From NCBI GenBank assembly GCA_964016885.1, contig CAXHJY010000096.1, positions 1,178,001 to 1,242,000 on the forward strand: 64,000 nucleotides of DNA, read 5' to 3'. The DNA is from Eledone cirrhosa (lineage: Eukaryota). The notes below the pieces were generated by a model. It made no database searches, had not been told where the DNA came from, and worked only from the letters and a program-made list of their open reading frames with translations. How positions within the stretch are numbered: position 1 is the first letter of the stretch; each line of letters opens with the position of its first letter. The position numbers and the translations under genes were made by a program. This document shows, one piece after another, positions 55,001 through 64,000 of this stretch.

Positions 55001-58000
55001 CGTCCAAGGACATATTTTCCAGCCGTCCAAGGAGAGGTAATTTCTAGCCGTCCAAGGGGAGATAAATTCCAGCCTCCAAGGTGAGATAATTTCCAGCCAG
55101 CCAAGGGGAGATAATTTGTAAAAAAATCAGGGGGAGATAATTTGTAAAAAAAATCAGGGGGAGATAATTTGTAAAAAAAAATCAGGGGGAGATAATTTGT
55201 AAAAAAAATCAGGGGGAGATAATTTGTAAAAAAAAATCAGGGGGAGATAATTTGTAAAAAAAATCAAGGGGAGATAATTTGTAAAAAAAAATCAGGGGGA
55301 GATAATTTGTAAAAAAAATCAGGGGGAGATAATTTGTAAAAAAAATCAGGGGGAGATAATTTGTAAAAAAAAATCAGGGGTAGATAAATTGTAAAAAAAA
55401 ATCAGGGGGAGATAATTTGTAAAAAAAATCAGGGGGAGATAATTTGTAAAAAAAATGAAAGGGGAGATAATATCCAGCCGTCCAAGGGGAGATAATTTCC
55501 AGCCTTCCAAGGGGAGATAATTTCCAGCCGTCCAAGGGGAGATAATTTCCATCCTTCCAAGGGGATATAATTTCCAGCCGTCCAAGGGGAGATAATTTCC
55601 CGCCAGCCAAGGGAAGATAATTTTTAAAAAAATCAGGCGGAGATTGTAAAAAAAATCAGGGGGGAGATAATTTGTAAAAAAATCAGGGGGAGATAATTTG
55701 TAAAAAAAAATCAGGGGGAGATAATTTGTAAAAAATAATCAGGGGGAGATAATTTGTAAAAAAAAATCAAGGGGAGATAATTTCCAGCCGTCCAAGGGGA
55801 GATAATTTCCCGCCAGCCAAGGGAAGATAATATTTAAAAAAATTAGGCGGAGATAATTTGTAAAAAAAATCAGGGGGAGATAATTTGTAAAAAAATCAGG
55901 GGGAGATAATTTGTAAAAAAAATCAGGGGGAGATAATTTGTAAAAAAAATCATGGGGAGATAATTTGTAAAAAAAAATCAGGGGTAGATAATTTGTAAAA
56001 AAAAATCAGGGGGAGATAATTTGTAAAAAAAAATCAGGGGGAGATAATTTGTAAAAAAAATCAAGGGGAGATAATTTCCAGCCGTCCAAGGGGAGATAAT
56101 TTTCAGCTGTCCAAGGAGAGGTAATTTCTAGCCGTCCAAGGGGAGATAATTTCCAGCCGTCCAAGGGGAGGTAATTTCCAGCCGTCCAAGGGGAGATAAT
56201 TTTAAAAAAAAAATCAGGCGGAGATAATTTGTAAAAAAAATCAAGGGGAGATAATTTGCAGCCGTCCAAGGGGAGATAATTTTCAGTCGTCCAAGGAGAG
56301 GTAATTTCTAGCCGTCCAAGGGGAGATAATTGCCAGCCGTTCAAGGGGAGATAATTTCCAGCCGTCCAAGGGGAGATAATTTTTTTTAAAAAATCAGGCG
56401 GAGATAATTTGTAAAAAAAATCAGGGGGAGATAATTTGTAAACAAAATCAGGGGGAGATAATTTGTAAAAAAAAATCAGGGGGAGATAATTTGTAAAAAA
56501 AATCATGGAGAGATAATTTCCAGCCGTCCAAGGTGAGATAATTTCCAGCCGTCCAAGGGGAGATAAATTCCAGCCTCCAAGGGGAGATAATTTCCAGCCA
56601 GCCAAGTGGAGATAATTTGTAAAAAAATCAGGGGGAGATAATTTGTAAAAAATATCGGAGATAATTTGTAAAAAAAAATCAGGGGGAGATAATTTGTAAA
56701 AAAAATCAGGGGGAGATAATTTGTAAAAAAAATCAGGGGGAGATAATTTGTAAAAAAAATCAAGGGGAGATAATTTCCAGCCGTCCAAGGGGAGATAATT
56801 TTCAGCCGTCCAAGGGGAGATAATTTCCCGCCAGCCATGGGAAGATAATATTTAAAAAAATCAGGCGGAGATAATTTGTAAAAAAAATCAGGGGGAGATA
56901 ATTTGTAAAAAAATCAGGGGGAGATAATTTGTAAAAAAAAAATCAGGGGGAGATAATTTGTAAAAAAAATCAGGGGGAGATAATTTGTAAAAAAAAATCA
57001 GGGGTAGATAATTTGTAAAAAAAAATCAGGGGGAGATAATTTGTAAAAAAAAATCAGGGGGAGATAATTTGTAAAAAAATGAAAGGGGAGATAATATCCA
57101 GCCGTCCAAGGGGAGATAATTTCCAGCCGTCCAAGGGGATATAATTTCCAGCCGTCCAAGGGGAGATAATTTCCATCCTTCCAAGGGGATATAATTTCCA
57201 GCCGTCCAAGGGGAGATAATTTCCCGCCAGCCAAGGGAAGATAATTTTTAAAAAAATCAGGCGGAGATTGTAAAAAAAATCAGGGGGGAGATAATTTGTA
57301 AAAAAATCAGGAGGAGATAATTTGTAAAAAATAATCAGGGGGAGATAATTTGTAAAAAAATTCAAGGGGAGATAATTTCCAGCCGTCCAAGGGGAGATAA
57401 TTTCCCGCCAGCCAAGGGAAGATAATATTTAAAAAAATTAGGCGGAGATAATTTGTAAAAAAAATCAGGGGGAGATAATTTGTAAAAAAATCAGGGGGAG
57501 ATAATTTGTAAAAAAAATCAGGGGGAGATAATTTGTAAAAAAAATCATGGGGAGATAATTTGTAAAAAAAAATCAGGGGTAGATAATTTGTAAAAAAAAA
57601 TCAGGGGGAGATAATTTGTAAAAAAAAATCAGGGGGAGATAATTTGTAAAAAAAATCAAGGGGAGATAATATCCAGCCGTCCAAGGAGAGATAATTTTAA
57701 AAAAAAATGAGGCGGAGATAATTTGTAAAAAAAAAATCAGGGGGAGTTAATTTGTAAAAAAAAATGAGGGGGAGATAATTTGTAAAAAAAATCAAGGGGA
57801 GATAATTTCCAGCCGTCCAAGGGGAGATAATTTTCAGCCGTCCAAGGAGAGGTAATTTCTAGCCGTCCAAGGGGAGATAATTTCCAGCCGTCCAAGGGGA
57901 GGTAATTTCCAGCCGTCCAAGGGGAGATAAATTAAAAAAAAAATCAGGCGGAGATAATTTGTAAAAAAAATCAAGGGGAGATAATTTGCAGCCGTCCAAT

Positions 58001-61000
58001 GGGAGATAATTTTCAGTCGTCCAAGGAGAGGTAATTTCTAGCCGTCCAAGGGGAGATAATTTCCAGCCGTCCAAGGGGAGATAATTTCCAGCCGTCCAAG
58101 GGGAGATAATTTTTTTTTAAAAATCAGGCGGAGATAATTTGTAAAAAAAATCAGGGGGAGATAATTTGTAAACAAAATCAGGGGGAGATAATTTGTAAAA
58201 AAAAATCAAGGGGAGATAATTTGTAAAAAAAATTAGGCGTAGATAATTTGTAAAAAAAAATCAGGGGGAGATAATTTGTAAAAAAAAATCAGGGGGAGAT
58301 AATTTGTTTAAAAAATCAAGGGGAGATAATTTGCAGCCGTCCAAGGGGAGATAATTTTCAGCCGTCCAAGGAGAGGTAATTTCTAGCCGTTCAAGGGGAG
58401 ATAATTTCCAGCCGTCCAAGGGGAGATAATTTCCAGCCGTCCAAGGGGAGATAATTTTTTTTAAAAAATCAGGCGGAGATAATTTGTAAAAAAAAATCAG
58501 GGGGAGATAATTCGTAAAAAAAAATCAGGGGGAGATAATTTGTAAAAAAAAATCAGGGGGAGATAATTTGTAAAAAAAATCAAGGGGAGATAATTTCCAG
58601 CCGTCCAAGGGGAGGTAATATCTAGCCGTCCAAGGGGAGATAATTTCCAGCCGTCCAAGGGGAGATAATTTCCAGCCGTCCAAGGGGAGATAATTTCCAG
58701 CCGTCCAAGGAGACATATTTTCCAGCCGTCCAAGGCGAGGTAATTTCTAGCCGTCCAAGGGGAGATAAATTCCAGCCTCCAAGGGGAGATAATTTCCAGC
58801 CAGCCAAGGGGAGATAATTTGTAAAAAAATCAGGGGGAGATAATTTGTAAAAAATATCAGGGAGATAATTTGTAAAAAAAAATCAGGGGGAGATAATTTG
58901 TAAAAAAAATCAGGGGGAGATAATTTGTAAAAAAAAATCAGGGGGAGATAATTTGTAAAAAAAATCAAGGGGAGATAATTTCCAGCCGTCCAAGGGGAGA
59001 TAATTTTCAGCCGTCCAAGGAGAGGTAATTTCTAGCCGTCCGAGGAGAGATAATTTCCAGCCGTCCAAGGGGAGATAATTTCCAGCCGTCCAAGGGGAGA
59101 TAATTTCCAGCCGTCCAAGGAGACATATTTTCCAGCCGTCCAAGGAGAGGTAATTTCTAGCCGTCCAAGGGGAGATAAATTCCAGCCTCCAAGGGGAGAT
59201 AATTTCCAGCCAGCCAAGGGGAGATAATTTGTAAAAAAATCAGGGGGAGATAATTTGCAAAAAAAATCAGGGGGAGATAATTTGTAAAAAAATCAGGGGG
59301 AGATAATTTGTAAAAAATAATCAGGGGGAGATAATTTCCAGCCGTCGAAGGGGAGATAATTTTTAAAAAAATCAGGCGGAGATAATTTGTAAAAAAAAAT
59401 CAGGGGGAGATAATTTGTAAAAAAAAATCAGGGGGAGATAATTTGTAAAATAAATCAAGGGGAGATAATTTCCAGCCGTCCAAGGGGAGATAATTTTCAG
59501 CCGTCCAAGGGGAGATAATTTCCCGCCAGCCAAGGGAAGATAATATTTAAAAAAATCAGGCGGAGATAATTTGTAAAAAAAATCAGGGGGAGATAATTTG
59601 TAAAAAAATCAGGGGGAGATAATTTGTAAAAAAAAATCAGGGGGCGATAATTTGTAAAAAAAATCAGGGGGAGATAATTTGTAAAAAAAAATCAGGGGGA
59701 GATAATTTGTAAAAAAAAATCAGGGGGCGATAATTTGTAAAAAAAATCAGGGGGAGATAATTTTTTTTTCAAAATCATTGGGAGATTTGTAAAAAAAATC
59801 AGGGGGAGATAATTTGTAAAAAAAATCAAGGGGAGATAATTTCCAGCCGTCCAAGGGGAGGTAATATCTAGCCGTCCAAGGGGAGATAATTTCCAGCCGT
59901 CCAAGGGTAGATAATATCCAGCCGTCCAAGGACATATTTTCCAGCCGTCCAAGGAGAGGTAATTTCTAGCCGTCCAAGGGGAGATAAATTCCAGCCTCCA
60001 AGGTGAGATAATTTCCAGCCAGCCAAGGGGAGATAATTTGTAAAAAAATCAGGGGGAGATAATTTGTAAAAAAAATCAGGGGGAGATAATTTGTAAAAAA
60101 AAATCAGGGGGAGATAATTTGTAAAAAAAATCAGGGGGAGATAATTTGTAAAAAAAAATCAGGGGGAGATAATTTGTAAAAAAAATCAAGGGGAGATAAT
60201 TTGTAAAAAAAAATCAGGGGGAGATAATTTGTAAAAAAAATCAGGGGGAGATAATTTGTAAAAAAAATCAGGGGGAGATAATTTGTAAAAAAAAATCAGG
60301 GGTAGATAAATTGTAAAAAAAAATCAGGGGGAGATAATTTGTAAAAAAAATCAGGGGGAGATAATTTGTAAAAAAAATGAAAGGGGAGATAATATCCAGC
60401 CGTCCAAGGGGAGATAATTTCCAGCCGTCCAAGGGGAGATAATTTCCAGCCGTCCAAGGGGAGATAATTTCCATCCTTCCAAGGGGATATAATTTCCAGC
60501 CGTCCAAGGGGAGATAATTTCCCGCCAGCCAAGGGAAGATAATTTTTAAAAAAATCAGGCGGAGATTGTAAAAAAAATCAGGGGGGAGATAATTTGTAAA
60601 AAAATCAGGGGGAGATAATTTGTAAAAAAAAATCAGGGGGAGATAATTTGTAAAAAATAATCAGGGGGAGATAATTTGTAAAAAAAAATCAAGGGGAGAT
60701 AATTTCCAGCCGTCCAAGGGGAGATAATTTCCCGCCAGCCAAGGGAAGATAATATTTAAAAAAATTAGGCGGAGATAATTTGTAAAAAAAATCAGGGGGA
60801 GATAATTTGTAAAAAAATCAGGGGGAGATAATTTGTAAAAAAAATCAGGGGGAGATAATTTGTAAAAAAAATCATGGGGAGATAATTTGTAAAAAAAAAT
60901 CAGGGGTAGATAATTTGTAAAAAAAAATCAGGGGGAGATAATTTGTAAAAAAAAATCAGGGGGAGATAATTTGTAAAAAAAATCAAGGGGAGATAATTTC

Positions 61001-63432
61001 CAGCCGTCCAAGGGGAGATAATTTTCAGCTGTCCAAGGAGAGGTAATTTCTAGCCGTCCAAGGGGAGATAATTTCCAGCCGTCCAAGGGGAGGTAATTTC
61101 CAGCCGTCCAAGGGGAGATAATTTTAAAAAAAAAATCAGGCGGAGATAATTTGTAAAAAAAATCAAGGGGAGATAATTTGCAGCCGTCCAAGGGGAGATA
61201 ATTTTCAGTCGTCCAAGGAGAGGTAATTTCTAGCCGTCCAAGGGGAGATAATTGCCAGCCGTCCAAGGGGAGATAATTTCCAGCCGTCCAAGGGGAGATA
61301 ATTTTTTTTAAAAAATCAGGCGGAGATAATTTGTAAAAAAAATCAGGGGGAGATAATTTGTAAACAAAATCAGGGGGAGATAATTTGTAAAAAAAAATCA
61401 GGGGGAGATAATTTGTAAAAAAAATCATGGAGAGATAATTTCCAGCCGTCCAAGGTGAGATAATTTCCAGCCGTCCAAGGAGACATATTTTCCAGCCGTC
61501 CAAGGCGAGGTAATTTCTAGCCGTCCAAGGGGAGATAAATTCCAGCCTCCAAGGGGAGATAATTTCCAGCCAGCCAAGTGGAGATAATTTGTAAAAAAAT
61601 CAGGGGGAGATAATTTGTAAAAAATATCAGGGAGATAATTTGTAAAAAAAAATCAGGGGGAGATAATTTGTAAAAAAAATCAGGGGGAGATAATTTGTAA
61701 AAAAAAATCAGGGGGAGATAATTTGTAAAAAAAATCAAGGGGAGATAATTTCCAGCCGTCCAAGGGGAGATAATTTTCAGCCGTCCAAGGGGAGATAATT
61801 TCCCGCCAGCCATGGGAAGATAATATTTAAAAAAATCAGGCGGAGATAATTTGTAAAAAAAATCAGGGGGAGATAATTTGTAAAAAAATCAGGGGGAGAT
61901 AATTTGTAAAAAAAAAATCAGGGGGAGACAATTTGTAAAAAAAATCAGGGGGAGATAATTTGTAAAAAAAAATCAGGGGTAGATAATTTGTAAAAAAAAA
62001 TCAGGGGGAGATAATTTGTAAAAAAAAATCAGGGGGAGATAATTTGTAAAAAAATGAAAGGGGAGATAATATCCAGCCGTCCAAGGGGAGATAATTTCCA
62101 GCCGTCCAAGGGGATATAATTTCCAGCCGTCCAAGGGGAGATAATTTCCATCCTTCCAAGGGGATATAATTTCCAGCCGTCCAAGGGGAGATAATTTCCC
62201 GCCAGCCAAGGGAAGGTAATTTTTAAAAAAATCAGGCGGAGATTGTAAAAAAAATCAGGGGGGAGATAATTTGTAAAAAAATCAGAAGGAGATAATTTGT
62301 AAAAAATAATCAGGGGGAGATAATTTGTAAAAAAATTCAAGGGGAGATAATTTCCAGCCGTCCAAGGGGAGATAATTTCCCGCCAGCCAAGGGAAGATAA
62401 TATTTAAAAAAATTAGGCGGAGATAATTTGTAAAAAAAATCAGGGGGAGATAATTTGTAAAAAAATCAGGGGGAGATAATTTGTAAAAAAAATCAGGGGG
62501 AGATAATTTGTAAAAAAAATCATGGGGAGATAATTTGTAAAAAAAAATCAGGGGTAGATAATTTGTAAAAAAAAATCAGGGGGAGATAATTTGTAAAAAA
62601 AAATCAGGGGGAGATAATTTGTAAAAAAAATCAAGGGGAGATAATATCCAGCCGTCCAAGGAGAGATAATTTAAAAAAAAAATGAGGCGGAGATAATTTG
62701 TAAAAAAAAAATCAGGGGGAGTTAATTTGTAAAAAAAAATGAGGGGGAGATAATTTGTAAAAAAAATCAAGGGGAGATAATTTCCAGCCGTCCAAGGGGA
62801 GATAATTTTCAGCCGTCCAAGGAGAGGTAATTTCTAGCCGTCCAAGGGGAGATAATTTCCACCCGTCCAAGGGGAGGTAATTTCCAGCCGTCCAAGGGGA
62901 GATAAATTAAAAAAAAAATCAGGCGGAGATAATTTGTAAAAAAAATCAAGGGGAGATAATTTGCAGCCGTCCAATGGGAGATAATTTTCAGTCGTCCAAG
63001 GAGAGGTAATTTCTAGCCGTCCAAGGGGAGATAATTTCCAGCCGTCCAAGGGGAGATAATTTCCAGCCGTCCAAGGGGAGATAATTTTTTTTTAAAAATC
63101 AGGCGGAGATAATTTGTAAAAAAAATCAGGGGGAGATAATTTGTAAACAAAATCAGGGGGAGATAATTTGTAAAAAAAAATCAGGGGGAGATAATTTGTA
63201 AAAAAAATTAGGCGTAGATAATTTGTAAAAAAAAATCAGGGGGAGATAATTTGTAAAAAAAAATCAGGGGGAGATAATTTGTTTAAAAAATCAAGGGGAG
63301 ATAATTTGCAGCCGTCCAAGGGGAGATAATTTTCAGCCGTCCAAGGAGAGGTAATTTCTAGCCGTTCAAGAGGAGATAATTTCCAGCCGTCCAAGGGGAG
63401 ATAATTTCCAGCCGTCCAAGGGGAGATAATTT

Positions 63433-64000
63433 CCCGCCAGCCAAGGTAAGATAATTTTTAAAAAAATCAGGCGGAGATTGTAAAAAAAATCAGGGGGGAG
63501 ATAATTTGTAAAAAAATCAGGGGGAGATAATTTGTAAAAAAAAATCAGGGGGAGATAATTTGTAAAAAATAATCAGGGGGAGATAATTTGTAAAAAAAAA
63601 TCAAGGGGAGATAATTTCCAGCCGTCCAAGGGGAGATAATTTCCCGCCAGCCAAGGGAAGATAATATTTAAAAAAATTAGTCGGAGATAATTTGTAAAAA
63701 AAATCAGGGGGAGATAATTTGTAAAAAAATCAGGGGGAGATAATTTGTAAAAAAAATCAGGGGGAGATAATTTGTAAAAAAAATCATGGGGAGATAATTT
63801 GTAAAAAAAAATCAGGGGTAGATAATTTGTAAAAAAAAATCAGGGGGAGATAATTTGTAAAAAAAAATCAGGGGGAGATAATTTGTAAAAAAAATCAAGG
63901 GGAGATAATTTCCAGCCGTCCAAGGGGAGATAATTTTCAGCCGTCCAAGAAGAGGTAATTTCTAGCCGTCCAAGGGGAGATAATTTCCAGCCGTCCAAGG
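63433..64000 (+). repeat. Copy of ~46740-47307 (offset 16,693 bp); continuation of the 18.8 kb duplicate after a ~2.1 kb deletion
   Basis: Three rare variants (CCAAGGTAAG, ATTAGTCGG, CCAAGAAGAGG) occur in the same order and spacing at ~46748/46983/47252 and ~63441/63676/63945. Confidence 0.9.

Larger units (their letters stand above)
32353..63432 (+). repeat. Higher-order duplication at offset 18,809 bp (32353-44623 vs 51162-63432)
   Basis: ORFs 32546-44240 recur identically at 51355-63049. Rare variants are shared (TTTCCACCCGT ~44047/62856, GGAAGGTAAT, TCAGAAGG). The second copy begins inside the A16 tract at 51154-51169. Confidence 0.95.
1..64000 (+). repeat. Composite two-monomer satellite/minisatellite array (25-28 bp units, shared core GGGGAGATAATTT), head-to-tail, running off both window edges
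   Basis: The core GGGGAGATAATTT or a close variant recurs every 23-30 bp from first to last base. It is followed by either GT(A)nTCA (type A) or CCAGCCGTCCAA (type B). I saw no reverse-complement copies and no non-repeat sequence. Confidence 0.99.

Noticed and set aside
148-63049. About 200 minus-strand ORFs of 61-260 aa (LSPLGRLEIISPWTAGNYLPLDGWK, FFYKLSPPD motifs)
   Set aside because: They are the three rotating frames of the 25-bp B unit, whose minus strand lacks a stop, and of 27-bp A units. They overlap each other in all frames, mostly begin at TTG/CTG-type starts within the repeat, and end wherever an A-tract length brings TGA into frame. There is no frame conservation.
1-64000. CRISPR array (constant repeat plus variable spacer)
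   Set aside because: The constant part is only 13-17 bp, the 'spacers' are 8-13 bp and of only two kinds, none is unique, and there is no leader or cas gene.
1-64000. Telomerase-made long telomeric repeat (yeast-type 23-26 bp units)
   Set aside because: It does not match telomere repeats I know. Multi-kb exact duplications carrying inherited point variants indicate recombinational amplification rather than templated addition. A subtelomeric location is not excluded.
1-64000. G-quadruplex array
   Set aside because: G4-6 runs are separated by ~21-23 nt loops, far beyond canonical G4 loop lengths. Not supportable from sequence alone.
1-64000. Transposon, retroelement poly-A tails or inversion within the array
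   Set aside because: No non-repeat insert, terminal repeats, target-site duplications or reverse-orientation monomers were seen. The A-tracts are integral to the type-A monomer.

Overview
The whole 64 kb window is one uninterrupted, single-orientation tandem repeat (satellite/minisatellite) array of roughly 2,400 short monomers (estimate: 64,000 / ~26.3 bp). I see no unique sequence, genes, RNA genes, transposons or CRISPR array. There are two monomer types sharing a core, (T/C)CA(G/A)GGGGAGATAATTT. Type A is TCAGGGGGAGATAATTTGT(A)7-11 (mostly 27-28 bp, AT-rich). Type B is CCAAGGGGAGATAATTTCCAGCCGT (25 bp, GC-richer). They occur in alternating blocks of 1 to ~13 units joined by stereotyped junction monomers. 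These blocks form recurring 100-300 bp cassettes, which form older ~4.0-5.0 kb periods. On top of that are three very recent, near-identical, overlapping duplications with periods of 5,957, 16,532 and 18,809 bp. All listed ORFs are translations of the repeat's minus strand and are not credible genes. An array of this size and hierarchy is most likely eukaryotic heterochromatic, centromeric or subtelomeric satellite, but I do not recognise the family or organism. The notable biology is structural: the two-state monomer grammar, nested higher-order repeats, recombination scars, and a GATA-motif, quasi-palindromic core. I found no evidence of a new protein-coding system.
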